64,000 bases of DNA from Mobula birostris (taxonomy: Eukaryota), in assembly GCF_030028105.1 (NCBI RefSeq), contig NC_092387.1, positions 8,337,305 to 8,401,304 of the forward strand. Reading direction: 5' to 3'. The position numbers and the translations under genes were made by a program. Positions 24,791 to 37,434 of this stretch are shown piece after piece. The notes below the pieces were generated by a model, which was not told the DNA's origin, searched no databases, and was given only the letters and a program-made list of their open reading frames with translations. Each line of letters starts with the position of its first letter. Position 1 is the first letter of the stretch.

Positions 24791-25239
24791 CCTGTTGGGG
24801 TTGTGTGGGGCAGAAACGGACCTTCGGCCCTCCATGTGTGTGCCAGCCCTCTACACCTGCTTTGAAATGTCTGTCTGACTGTCCCTGAAACGCAGTGACT
24901 ATCTTTCATTTACTCCGTGGAAAATAAACTTCCCCTTCAGATCCCTCTTAAAACTCCTTCTAACCTTAAACTTATGCTCCCTGTTATTGATATCCTCACC
25001 CTTCTTCTCTCATTTTATAAACTCTGTTAGTTCTCCCCCCTCAGCCCCTCTGCTACAAGGAAAACAACTGTAACCTAGTCGGGCTCTTCTCGGAGCTGAA
25101 AAACTCCATCCCACACTCTCTCTAGCGCAGGGGTTTCCAAACTGTTTTTGTGCCATGGACCAATACCATCAAGCTGCCCAGGTTGGGCTCTCCCTCAGTA
25201 TTGAACAGAACATGGTGATCCTCGAACTGGTGCTGTAGA

Positions 25240-26420
25240 CCAAATGCTCTTTATCGGTTACAGCTCAGCATTTAATACCTTCATCCCCTCAAAACTAATC
25301 AATAAGTTCCAAGACCTTGGCCTCAATACCTCCTTGTGCCATGGGATCCTCAATTTTCCTATTTGCAGACCCCAGTCAGTTCGGATTGGCAAAAACACTT
25401 CCTTCTCGGAGGCCATCAGTACAGGTGCACCCCAGGGCTGTGTGCTTAGTCCCCAACTTTTCTCACTTTACACTTATGGCTGTGGCTAAGCACTGCTCCA
25501 AAGTCATATTCAAGGTTGGTGATGACAACACTGTTGTGGGCCGAATCAAAGGTGGAGATGAATCATCATACAGGTGGGAGATTGAAAATTTGTCTGAGTG
25601 GTGCCCTAACAACAACTTCTCACTCAGTGTCAGCAAGACCAAGGAACTGATTGTAGACTTCAGCAGAGGGAAACCAGACGTCCATGAGCCTGTACTCACT
25701 GGAGGATCAGAGATGGAGAGGGTCAGTAACTTTACATCCTGGGTGTTACTATTTCAGGGGATCTGTCTTGGACCCGACATGTGAGGGCAATGGTGAAGAA
25801 AGCACGGCATCACCTCTACCCCTCGAGAGTCTGCGGAGATTTGACATGACATCAAATACTTTGACAAACTTTTATAGATGTGTATTGACTGGCTGCATCA
25901 CAGCCTGGTGTGGAAGCACCAATGCCTTTGAATGGAAAATCCTACAAAAGGTAGTGGATTCGGCCCAGTACATCATAGGTAAGGCCCTCACATGAAACAC
26001 CGTTGTAGTAAAGCAGCACCATTAGAGATCCCCACCACCCAGGTCGTGCTGTTTTCTCACTGCTGCCATCAGGTAGTAGGTACAGCAGCCTTATAACTCG
26101 CACCACCAGTTTCAAGCACAGTTACCATCCAACAACATCAATCTCTTGAACAAAAGGGGATAGCTACACTCAGTTGCCCATCCACTGAGTTGTTCCCATA
26201 ACCAATGGTCTCACTTTAAGGACTCTTTATCCGGTTACCTCATAGTCTCATTATTTATTGCTATTTATCAATATTTGTATTTACACATTTTGTTGTCTTC
26301 TGCACTCGGTTGATCTGTTGTTACTATTCTATAGATTTGCTGAGTATGCCCACAGGAAAATGAATTTCAGGGTTGTGTATGGTGACATGTATGTACTGTG
26401 ATAATAAAATTAACTTTTCA
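25240..26420 (+). mobile_element. Rex1/Babar LINE, 5'-truncated
   Basis: [38 protein letters not shown]. Confidence 0.88.
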
Positions 26421-26435
26421 TTACTTTTTGAATGA

Positions 26436-26570
26436 TCATTGGTGCCAGATGGGGTGGTTTGAATCTCAGAAAGTGCTGATTGCCTGGGATTTTCATGCAC
26501 AACTGTCTCTAGAGTTTGCAGAGAATGATGCAAAAAATAAAAACATCCAATGAGTGACAGTTCTGTGGGT
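26436..26570 (+). mobile_element. Tc1-like transposase N-terminal fragment
   Basis: Translates approximately IIGARWGGLN..ESADCLGFSCTTVSRVCRE, a Tc1 helix-turn-helix remnant. Confidence 0.6.
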
Positions 26571-26659
26571 GCAGGAGGGAGCTAATGAAGTGGCCACTGA
26601 GTGTACAATCTCTCTAAGTGATGCACACACACAGAGGCACAACCACAACCACACATAAT

Positions 26660-29600
26660 CTTACCCATAACCTATTGATTGGTGTGTGGGTGTTGTTCCT
26701 GTTCCCAAACCAGATGGCACGGTGAGGATCTGTGTTGATCTAACAAAAGTGAATAATCCAGTGAGTTGGGAGAAGTTTATTCTGCTCTCTGTTGAGCACA
26801 CACTGGGTATGCTGGGTGGAGCAAAGTTCTTCTCCAAACTAGATGCGAACTCAGGGTTCTGGCAGAACCATTTAGCTCCTGAGTCACAGAAGTTCACAAT
26901 CTTTATAACACCATATGGAAGCCATCTCTGCCTTGGAGAATTGAAAGTGCAGATTGTTATTAATGATTATGATATAGTTGGGATCACAGAGACATGGCTC
27001 CAGGGTGACCAGGGATGGGAGCTCAACGTTCAGGGATATTCAATATTCAGGAGGGATAGACATGAAAGAAAAGGAGGTGGGGTGGCGTTGCTGGTTAAAG
27101 AGGAGATTAACGCAATAGAAAGGAAGGAAATAAGCTGGGAAGATGTGGAATCGATATGGGTAGAGCTGCATAACACTAAGGGGCAGAAAACGCTGGTGGG
27201 AGTTGTGTACAGACCACCTAACAGTAGTAGTGAGGTTGGAGATGGTATTAAACAGGAAATTAGAAATGTGTGCAATAAAGGAACAGCAGTTATAATGGGT
27301 GACTTCAATCTACATGTAGATTGGGTGAACCAAATTGGTAAAGGTGCTGAGGAAGAGGATTTCTTGGAATGTATGCGGGATGGTTTTTTGAACCAACTAG
27401 AGAGCAGGCTATTTTAGACTGGGTTTTGAGCAATGAGGAAGGGTTAATTAGCAATCTTGTCGTGAGAGGCCCCTTGGGTAAGAGTGACCATAATATGGTG
27501 GAATTCTTCATTAAGATGGAGAGTGACATAGTTAATTCAGAAACAAAGGTTCTGAACTTAAAGAAGGGTAACTTTGAAGGTATGAGACGTGAATTAGCTA
27601 AGATAGACTGGCAAATGACACTTAAAGGATTGACGGTGGATATGCAATGGCAAGCATTTAAGGATTGCATGGACGAACTACAACAATTGTTCATCCCAGT
27701 TTGGCAAAAGAATAAGTCAAGGAAGGTAGTGCACCCGTGGCTGACAAGAGAAATTAGGGATAGTATCAATTCCAAAGAAGAAGCGTACAAATTAGCCAGA
27801 AAAAGTGGCTCACCTGAGGACTGGGAGAAATTCAGAGTTCAGTAGAGGAGGACAAAGGGCTTAATTAGGAAGGGGAAAAAAGATTATGAGAGAAAGCTGG
27901 CAGGGAACATAAAAACTGACTGTAAAAGCTTTTATAGATATGTAAAAAGGAAAAGACTGGTAAAGACAAATGTAGGTCCCCTACAGACAGAAACAGGTGA
28001 ATTGATTATGGGGAGCAAGGACATGGCAGACCAATTGAATAATTACTTTGGTTCTGTCTTCACTAAGGAGGACATAAATAATCTTCCAGAAATAGTAGGG
28101 GACAGAGGGTCCAGTGAGATGGAGGAACTGAGTGAAATACATGTTAGTAGGGAAGTGGTGTTAGGTAAATTGAAGGGATTAAAGGCAGATAAATCCCTAG
28201 GGCCAGATGGTCTGCATCCCAGAGTGCTTAAGGAAGTAGCCCAAGAAATAGTGGATGCATTAGTGATAATTTTTCAAAACTCGTTAGATTCTGGACTAGT
28301 TCCTGAGGATTGGAGGGTGGCTAATGTAACCCCACTTTTTAAAAAAGGAGGGAGAGAGAAACCGGGGAATTATAGACCAGTTAGCCTAACGTCGGTGGTG
28401 GGGAAACTGCTGGAGTCAATTATCAAAGATGTGATAACAGCACATTTGGAAAGCGGTGAAATCATCGGACAAAGTCAGCATGGATTTGTGAAAGGAAAAT
28501 CATGTCTGACGAATCTCATAGAATTTTTTGAGGATGTAACTAGTAGAGTGGATAGGGGAGAACCAGTGGATGTGGTATATTTGGATTTTCAAAAGGCTTT
28601 TGACAAGGTCCCACACAGGAGATTAGTGTGCAAACTTAAAGCACACGGTATTGGGGGTAAAGTATTGATGTGGATAGAGAATTGGTTGGCAGACAGAAAG
28701 CAAAGAGTGGGAATAAATGGGACCTTTTCAGAATGGCAGGCGGTGACTAGTGGGGTACCGCAAGGCTCAGTGCTGGGACCCCAGTTGTTTACAATATATA
28801 TTAATGACTTGGATGAGAGAATTAAATGCAACATCTCCAAGTTTGCGGATGACACGAAGCTGGGCGGCAGTGTTAGCTGTGAGGAGGATGCTAAGAGGAT
28901 GCAGGGTGACTTGGATAGGTTGGGTGAGTGGGCAAATTCATGGCAGATGCAATTTAATGTGGATAAATGTGAAGTTATCCACTTTGATGGCAAAAATAGG
29001 AAAACAGATTATTATCTGCATGGTGGCCGATTAGGAAAAGGGGAGGTGCAACGAGACCTGGGTGTCATTATACAACAGTCATTGAAAGTGGGCATGCAGG
29101 TACAGCAGGCGGTGAATAAGGCAAATGGTATGCTGGCATTTATAGCGAGAGGATTCGAGTACAGGAGCAGGGAGGTACTACTGCAGTTGTACAAGGCCTT
29201 GGTGAGACCACACCTGGAGTATTGTGTGCAGTTTTGGTCCCCTAATCTGAGGAAAGACATCCTTGCCATAGAGGGAGTACAAAGAAGGTTCACCAGATTG
29301 ATTCCTGGGATGGCAGGACTTTCATATGAAGAAAGACTGGATGAACTAGGCTTGTACTCGTTGGAATTTAGAAGATTGAGGGGGGATCTGATTGAAATGT
29401 ATAAAATTCTAAAGGGATTGGACAGGCTAGATGCAGGAAGATTGTTCCCGATGTTGGGGAAGTCCAGAACGAGGGGTCACAGTTTGAGGATAAAAGGGAA
29501 GCCTTTTAGGACTGAGATTAGGAAAAACTTCTTCACACAGAGAGTGGTGAATCTGTGGAATTCTCTGCCACAGGAAACAGTTGAGGCCAGTTCATTGGCT

Positions 29601-32472
29601 ATATTTAAGAGGGAGTTAGACATGGCCCTTATGGCTACGGGGATCAGGGGGTATGGAGGGAAGGCTGGTGCAGGGTTCTGAGTTGGATGATCAGCCATGA
29701 TCATAATAAATGGCGGTGCAGGCTCGAAGGGCCGAATGGCCTACTCCTGCACCTATTTTCTATGTTCCTATGTTTCAAGAGACTTCTTTATGGCATATCA
29801 TCGGACCCTGAACTCTTTCAGGTGAGGATGATCAAATTTTGGAGGGAATGGTCTGCCACATGGACGATATACTCATCTTTGGAGGCTCAAGTGAAGAACA
29901 TGACAAAAGAGTGGAAGCTGCCTTGGAGAAACTGAAACAAGCTGGAATCTCCCTGAACAAAAAGAAATGTGAATTTGCAAAGTTGGAGGTGAAGTTCTCA
30001 GGTCACAAACAATCCTCAGAGGGAGTGCAACCAGATTCAGACAAAATGGCAGGAGTTTGAAACATGGAACAACCTATGAATGTATCAGAGATCCCAGTTT
30101 CCTTGGCAGAGTAAACCAGCTGGCAAAGTTCATTCCAGATTTGGTAGAGAAAACAAAGCCACTACATTACCTTCTCTTAGATCTGAGATGCACCACAGAA
30201 GTCATTCTCATCACTTAAACCAGAGCTTATCTTTCCGCCAACATTGGCATTCTTTGATCTGAAGTAAGCAATCAAGGTCTCAGCTGACAAATTGGCAGGA
30301 GTTTGGGAGTGCTCATGCAAGACTACAGTGGTATATGGAAACCGGTAGCATATGAATCAAGACCACCGAGTCCTGCTGAACAGTGTTACATCCAAATCGA
30401 GAAGGAGATGCTGGGGGCTTGTGAAAACTTCAGCTGCTACTTGATAGGCGATAATTTCCCATTTGAAACAGACCACAAACTACTTGTCAGCCTCCTCTGC
30501 TCAAAACACTTGGATGACTTACCTCCACGTCTGCAAAGATTCAGAATGAGGTTTATGCAATTCTGTTATGATATTGAACATGTCCCTGGCAAATTTTTCC
30601 CAACACCAGACACTGTCGAGGATGCCATGCAAAAGTCAGTGGATGGAAGTTGACTCTGCCCTCATGGAAGACACCAACATCTACTTAGCTCAAGTATGTG
30701 AAAGCTTTTCTGCATCACAGAGTAAACTGGATGAAATTCATGCTGAGCTGAAAAAGGACCAAATCTGCAGCAAGGTCATGAAATACTGTGAGCATGGATG
30801 GCCAGCTGTTCCAAAAGGAGCTCATGAATCAGACCTTACTGGCTCCAAAGAGACACACTCACCATACTTGATGGTTTGCTGCTAAAGGGCTCCAGACTCG
30901 TCATTCCTGCTTCTATGCACAGCTAACGTCATCAGTCAAATCCACCAAGGATATCAAGGCACTGAAAAATGTTGTCTAAGAGCAAGGCAATCCATGTGGT
31001 GACCTGGTCTGAGCTCACAGCTGGGAGATTGTGTAAAACAATGTGAAGCATGCAGAAAACTGCACAAAATTCATGCTGAATTCCCACAGAATTCACAGAC
31101 TTTCATGGAAAATTGCAGGAACAGACATTTTCGAGCTGAAAAGAGACAAATATCTTCTCACTGTGGATTACAATTCATGGAATGTTGATGTGTCCAAGCT
31201 GTCCTCTACAATGTTAGCAGGAGATATACAGCACCTGAAAGCCGTATTTGTTCACCATGGAATACCAGAGACACTTGTGTCAGACAACGGTCCACTGTTC
31301 AGCTGCTGAAAATTCGAAGCCTGTGCTAAGGACGATGAGTTCAAACTCCAGACAAGCAGTCCACAGTACCCACAGGCAGATGGAGAAGCAGAAAGAAGGG
31401 TGCAGACTGTTAGAAGTCTCCTACTGAAGGCAGAAGATTCCTACAAAACGCTGCCAGCTCAATGCTCTACACCTCTTGCGAAATGTTACAGTCCATCAGA
31501 GCTGGTGGCGGGCTGGAGACTGAGCACAAGCCTGCCCTTTCTTCCTCCCCTTCCCCAGCCTCACTCACCAGACTTAGACAAAGTGGGAAAATCTGAGACG
31601 AACGGCGTGAGAAAACAAAGAGCATGCACGATCTCAGACACTGAGCAAAGTCTTTGTTGCCGCTCGGGAGTGGCGAAGCTGTCTGGGTTTCAGACCAATC
31701 CATCAAAGGAACAACAGTCCAGCAGCATGATCGTTTGTGTCAGAACATCACGAGGTGAAATCAGGTGGAACACGCATGTACTCGTGTGCCTTCAAAGTCC
31801 ACGAAAGGTAAAGGAAGAACTAGAGTGACCAGCACCACCTACCTGAGGTGGACACACCTGTTCCAGGTCCCCCATCCACTCCAACATGTCCAGAAACCTA
31901 CACCTGATATGCTCATTTACCTGTCCCACCACAGACATATACTCCATAGCCTAATAGCTTAGGGCAAGTGACTAAAGAGGCAAAATAATCCTCTCTCTTT
32001 GCCCGAGTGTTCAGGCAGTCCACCCTGACCTCCATTAGATTTTTAAAAAAGAGTTCTAATGTTGAAAACGTTCCTGAAACTGAGATTGTTCTTTAAAAGA
32101 TGGTGAAAAAGGAGGATAACAAAGACAGCGATGGTTATAATGCTGGCAATTCTTTTTAGTTTCTGTAAGGAACATAATCAGAATCAGGTTTATTATCACC
32201 GGCATGTGACGTGAAATTTGTTAAGTTCCGTGCTCTGGTTAAAGTGAACTGAATCGCTCAATTTCAGTGACTATAAATTGAATGCAGTTCTATGGACGAG
32301 GAGTACGTATTTTTCCTTTTTTTCGGGGGGGGGGATTAGTGGTAGTCAGTAGAGTTGACCACTCCCACATAGGAGTTCACATACTGTACAAAGAGGGCTA
32401 TAAAGTTCAGTTAGGATCCTGCACGCTGGCGACCTTGTGTGCTCCGCACGATCCCTCAGTAACAGACACCAC
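26660..32472 (+). mobile_element. Degenerate Ty3/Gypsy element (RT-RNaseH-integrase, possible 3' LTR at about 32338-32472), split by a CR1
   Basis: VPKPDGTVRICVDL, KLDANSGFWQ, HMDDILIFG, YIQIEKE, ETDHK, GTDIF and VSDNGP; polypurine run at 32325-32335. Confidence 0.88.
26937..29776 (+). mobile_element. Young CR1 LINE: near-complete ORF2 (endonuclease plus RT) with two lesions
   Basis: GITETWL, VYRPP, MGDFN, SDH, YLDFQKAFDKV and FADD; frameshift near 27395 and TAG at 27843-27845; (ctatgttt)n tail ends at 29776. Confidence 0.96.
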
Positions 32473-32749
32473 TTTGTTATATTCCATATACCTTCAGCAC
32501 TTCAGCGCGATGTGTTGGCACATGCATGGAAAACTTAGTTGGAACGGAATCATCGGCAGTTTACATCACATAAGCAGCATTCACGAAATAAATCTTTACA
32601 AGTAAACGCAATTAGAAAAGTTCATTGTAATGCAAATTGTTAATGTTTGCGAGCAGTATGTTTAGTTCTGCATATCCTATGTTTTAAATGTAGTCAATAA
32701 ATGACCCGATCAAAACCAGAACCGGTCAGGTTGTGTTCAATAGGGAAGT

Positions 32750-32960
32750 CCCTTGAACCAATGGAGAGCGACTTGCTGTGCAGCAACCAATAGTAACGAG
32801 TTTCATCTCTCTACGTATGTAATTAACATAACACGCTCAAGGCCACCAATGAAAAAGCGAAGCCCGTGGACTAATCAGGCTGAGCGTCCGGTTGTCATGG
32901 TTACGAGAGGAGCCGCGGCTGCGGTGAGGCCTGGTCGGTGGGGCGGGTGTGCGTCAGGTT
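32750..32960 (+). promoter_or_regulatory. TTLL13: TTLL13 promoter and probable short non-coding first exon
   Basis: CCAAT at 32758, 32787 and 32846; X-box GTTGTCATGGTTAC 32891-32904; CpG cluster; candidate donors GCG|GTGAGG (32924) and CAG|GTTAGT (32958). Confidence 0.7.
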
Positions 32961-34074
32961 AGTGTTGTCCGGTTCTCCGTTAAACCCAGAGATCGGTGCT
33001 GGTGGCCTGCCTCGCAGGCCTCTGCGGTTCCCCGGGCATATTCCTGAGGCCAGTTTCACGCCTCAGCTCCATGACAAGGCGGCCCAGGGAGCCCTAGCAA
33101 CCGGCCTGTTACTGAACCGGGTTGATTTGTTGCAAATGCTAAACAGGGGATAAACCAGTAACCCTCCCAAAAGATTTAATTCTTGTACGATAACAATTTC
33201 GAAGAGGTTGCTGTGGGTTTTAATATTCATTATCAATGCATATTTGAACGTGGAAATCGCTGTCTCCTCGTTAAAAAAGTCTTAAATTGGGTAGAAGGGG
33301 ATAAAACGATCATACACGGTCACATTAAATCTGATTACCATAAAATGCAGTGTAAACACTGGTTAGAAGCATGAAGATGATAAAGAGATTGAATCTTCAA
33401 ATTACATATGTTCAAATATGTAAATAGAATGTTACAGAAAATGTCAGACAGTCAGCAGGTCGGGCAGCATCTATGGAGAGGAATAAGCAGTTGATGTTTT
33501 GGACTGAGTTCTGATGAAGGGTCTCAGCCCGTAATTTTGACTGTTTATTCCTCTCCATTGGTGCTTCCTGACCTGTTGAGTTCCTCCATCATTTAGGGGG
33601 TGGGAATAGGGAAGGATTTGAGAACTTGGTCAAGAATTTTAAAATAATAGCATTTTGTAGGCAGAGGACAATGTGGTCACAAGACTGATGGATGAAAATT
33701 AGCCCAGTGTCGAAGATACATCCAGCTTATAAGAAGGATGTGTGCTGGGTGTGCAGTGCAAATGTCGGGTCTCAGGTATTGTTATGCAAGCTAGGGCATT
33801 GCACAGATCTGTAGGGGAGGATTGGAGCTCCTTTGGTTATGGATGAAGGCCTGTTGCTCAAACAGCTATATCAATTGGATTTAAAAATAAATCTCAGGGT
33901 ATTATATGGTGATCTATATATACTTTGATAATAAATTTACTTTGAAATTTGAAAAAATCAACAATTACAGAGAAGAAAGCATTGTATAAAAATAAAATTA
34001 GATATAAGAATAACTGTGAAAAAATACAGGAACACCAGGAAGTATTTACAACGTAAACAGCATTATAAAAGATC

Positions 34075-34325
34075 TTCTTCTTCTTAGCCCATCACCCCTT
34101 CTGGGGCACAGGCCGCTGACAGCGACTTGCCCGAGTCCTCTGTCCTTGGGCCAGTCTTTCAAATTGTCCCCAGGTATAGAGATCATTCCTCTGCCGTGGA
34201 AGAGCTCTTTGGATCTCCTGTTGGGATTTCTGCAGCACTGGGTTTTTACGGGATGAGGTTGCTGACCCCATGCCCAACCCTCCTCCTTTTGCAGCTGGGT
34301 TTGGGACCGTCCAGGGTGGAGTTAT
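34075..34325 (-). mobile_element. Non-autonomous RTE-X-like element, family B (also about 47550-47790 and 55910-56146)
   Basis: Minus strand cggtcccaaaccc..aggaggagggttggg 5' UTR motif fused to a tgccccagaaggggtgatgggctaagaagaag 3' end; three co-linear copies. Confidence 0.65.
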
Positions 34326-34396
34326 TATAAAAAATAACACACACAAGATGTGGGAGGAACTCAGCAGGGCAGGTAATGTCTATGTAAAAGAATAAG

Positions 34397-34434
34397 CAGC
34401 CGACGTTTCAGGCCAAGACCCTTCATCAGGACTG
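34397..34434 (-). ncRNA. Minimal type I hammerhead ribozyme motif in a Penelope-derived repeat
   Basis: Minus strand CAGTC-CTGATGA-AGGGTCTTGGCCT-GAAAC-GTC-GGCTG: complete catalytic core, pairable helices I and II, palindromic ACGT helix III. Confidence 0.65.
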
Positions 34435-34520
34435 ATGCCTTATGAAAGGTACACCTAGCTGATTAATCTAAGTCAGAGGATTCTTATGTAAGTCTTTTTA
34501 TTCTCTCTTACAAAGTCACC

Positions 34521-34816
34521 ATGAATGCATCTGGAGGCAGGAGTGATTCTGAGGGAGATTCCGTTGAGGAGGAAGCAGAAAATGAAGAAGAGAGTCCATC
34601 TGAGGGGTCAGAGGACGAAAATGAATCCACTCCAAGTAAAGTAGATGTGATTAGAAACAGCCCAACAGCTCAGGAGTTGCTGAGCTGTGCCATGCAACAG
34701 CAAGAAGCAAGGGACGGAGAGGATCTTCACAAACAGGAGCTCGACTTGCCCAAACAGAAAAGCAAAGAGAACAATGTTAAAGAGGATCCAGTCAAAAAGA
34801 AAAAGAAGAGGCGAAG
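34521..34816 (+). CDS. TTLL13: Tubulin polyglutamylase TTLL13-like, coding exon 1 (acidic N-terminus, KKKKKRRR)
   Basis: Acceptor ttctctcttacaaag| at 34515; caccATG; donor AG|GTATAG; phase 2 fits the next exon. Confidence 0.8.
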
Positions 34817-34959
34817 GTATAGTCAGAATCAACTTTTATGATTATTTCACCAGGTCTTTTGTGCTTTTACCAGTACAATTAAATGTTCCCCATTGATCTG
34901 CACACTGACAAGTGAAATTTGTGAACACACCTCACATTGACTCAATATCAAGCTTAATC

Positions 34960-36315
34960 AGCACCAAAAAAAGAGCAGTGAGGTAGTGTTCATGGGTTCT
35001 ATGTCCATTTAGAAATCAAATGGCAGAGGGGAAGAGGCTGTTCCTGAATCGCTGAGTGTGTGCCTTCAGGCTTCTGTACCTCCTTCCTGATGGTAACAAT
35101 GAGAAGAGGGCATGCCCTGGGTACTGGGGAGTTTTCAAAGGTTTCAAAGGTACATTTAATGTCAGAGAAATGTATACAATATACATCCTGAAATGTTTTT
35201 TCTTCACAACCATCCACGAAAACAGAGGAGTGCCCCCAAAGAGTGAATGACAGTTAAATGTTAGAACCCCAAAGTCCCCCCCCCCAGCTCCCCTCCCTCC
35301 CGCGCATAAGCAGCAGCAAGCAACAATCCCCCTCCCCCCACCGGCAAAAAAAAGCATTGGCACCCACCACCAAGCGTGAGCAAAGCATCAGCAAAGACAC
35401 AGATTTGCAGTACCCCAAAGACTACTTGTTCACCTGGTATTCAGCATACCACAGGCTCTCTCTCTCCCTAATAAGGGAGAAAGAGATGTCTCCGTTTCAC
35501 AGCGAAAGGTGAGACATAACAAACAACTCACTGGTTTACGATGTTAGAAGTCCGTTGCGTCACTTTTTCTGAGCTCTGTGCCCAAAGATCTCTGGTTTCT
35601 GGGCACACAGCCAGAGATCTTCGGAGTCCCCCGACGACACACCGATTTCCTGCCGTACAACTCTCTGCAGCTTACTGTGATCCTGTGCAGTAGCACCACA
35701 CTCCCCACCCCCCATACCAGACAGTGATGCAGCCAGTCAGAATGCTCTCCACGGTTCATCTGTAGAAGTTTTCGAGTGTTTTAGGTGACAAACAAAATCT
35801 CCTCAAACTCCTGATGAAATATAGCCGCTGTCTTGTCTTCTTTATAGCTGCATCGATAATGTTGGGACCAGGTTAGATCCTCAGAGATCCTGACACCCAG
35901 GAACTTGAAATTGCTCACTCTCTCCACTTCTGATCCCTCTATGTGGACTGGTATGTGTTCCTTCACCTTACCCTTCCTGAAGTCCACAATCAGCTCTTTT
36001 GTCTTACTGATGTTGAGTGCCAGCTTGTTATTGTAACACCACTCAACACACTGGTATATCTCGCTCCCTCTTGTACACCCTCTTGTCAACAATGGTTGTA
36101 TCATCAGCAAATTTATAGATGGCTTTTGAGCTTTGCCTAGCCACACAGTCATGGGTGTAGAGAGAGTAGAGCAGTGGGCTAAGCACACACCCCTGTGGTA
36201 CGTCAGCGTTGATTGTCAGCAAGGTGGAGAAGTTATTACTAGTCCACACAGATTGTGATCCTCTGGTTACGCAGTCGAGGATCCACTTGCAAAGGGAGGT
36301 ACAGAGGCCCAGGTT
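34960..36315 (-). mobile_element. Rex1/Babar LINE interrupted by an unclassified repeat (about 35130-35660)
   Basis: [25 protein letters not shown] and NFKFLGV on the minus strand. Confidence 0.85.
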
Positions 36316-36512
36316 CCACCATATTTCAGTGATACTCCCTCATAGCAACCATTTCAACTCAAACACACAACTTAAACCAGGCAGTCTATCACAGGGTTAA
36401 TACTTGGACTGATGTGTCTGGCTTGGGGCCACTCCATTGCATAGACTAGTACAGCTTAGGGTATCTGGGTTAATGCTGTTGTCTTTCACTCCCTATCTCT
36501 TCTGTTTTGCAG

Positions 36513-36553
36513 GTTCATTGGTGTCAATCTGATCAATTGCAAGTATGAAAGTG
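36513..36553 (+). CDS. TTLL13: TTLL13-like coding exon 2 (FIGVNLINCKYES)
   Basis: ag| acceptor and |GTAAGT donor; 41 nt; phases match. Confidence 0.92.
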
Positions 36554-37276
36554 GTAAGTTCCAATGTAATTAAGGGATTAATAGGCCAGGGAGACTTGCT
36601 CAGACCAGTTTTCCCCCTCCAATCTTATTCACCCTCCCTAGACACTATTTTTGGGTGCAATCCCTTTAGCATCATTCCACCTTTTGTGTCTCATGTCACA
36701 ATGTGAGTTTTGATGGTGTGCGTCAATTAGCCTTTTCAACTTTGAGCTATTTTGTGAATCCCACTCCATTTGTGGTGTTTCTGATGTCCAATACAAGGAC
36801 TGTTTGGCTGAAATCATAATCTGCAGTTAATTCCATCACACCCACCCTTCTCTGCCCCATAGATTATCATCAGATAAAGAAATTTACAACTAATGTCTCC
36901 TGCTGGCTGCTATGGCTGTACTCTGTAAAAATTCAACACAGACCTGCAGATGTTTTGGTAGTCTGATTTCTAAATGTCCATTTTGGTTAGTATTCTGTTT
37001 CAATAGTTAAATCGACTTACCAAATGTGATAATGACTGATTCAATTACATTGCTTAGAATTACTAAACCAGCTAGTAAATGATTTATTGACATTTTCTCT
37101 TCTTGTCTCCTCCTTTCTTTATGCTTTAATCTTATGAGTAGTTTGTTAACCATTTGTCTTTATTATTCCTTCACTTTTTGTAATTCTCTTTCCAACTTTG
37201 TATCCTTCCCCAGTAGTCTGTGCCTCACTGTCTCTCCATTACGATGGTTGGTTTATGTCTCCACTCTGTGTTCTAG

Positions 37277-37395
37277 TCCGCCGTGCAGCTCGTCGATATG
37301 GACTGAAGGAGGTTGAAGAGGATGAGGAATGGATATTGTACTGGACTGACACATCTGTTTCTCATGAGAGAGTTATGGAAATGAAGCGATTTCAG
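37277..37395 (+). CDS. TTLL13: TTLL13-like coding exon 3 (RRAARRYGLKEVEEDEEWILYWTD..MKRFQ)
   Basis: Canonical splice sites; 119 nt. Confidence 0.95.
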
Positions 37396-37434
37396 GTCAG
37401 TGCACTGGGGAGAAAAAGAAGAAACTAACAAAAT

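Noticed and set aside
23573-24865. 430-aa plus-strand ORF (and the 420-aa alternative minus frame 23202-24464) as new genes
   Set aside because: Shadow frames of the extremely GC-rich GDPGP1 CDS; low complexity, no recognisable motifs
28002-29681. Domesticated reverse transcriptase gene
   Set aside because: Part of a young CR1 with an upstream frameshift and stop and an intact retrotransposon tail; the open frame reflects age
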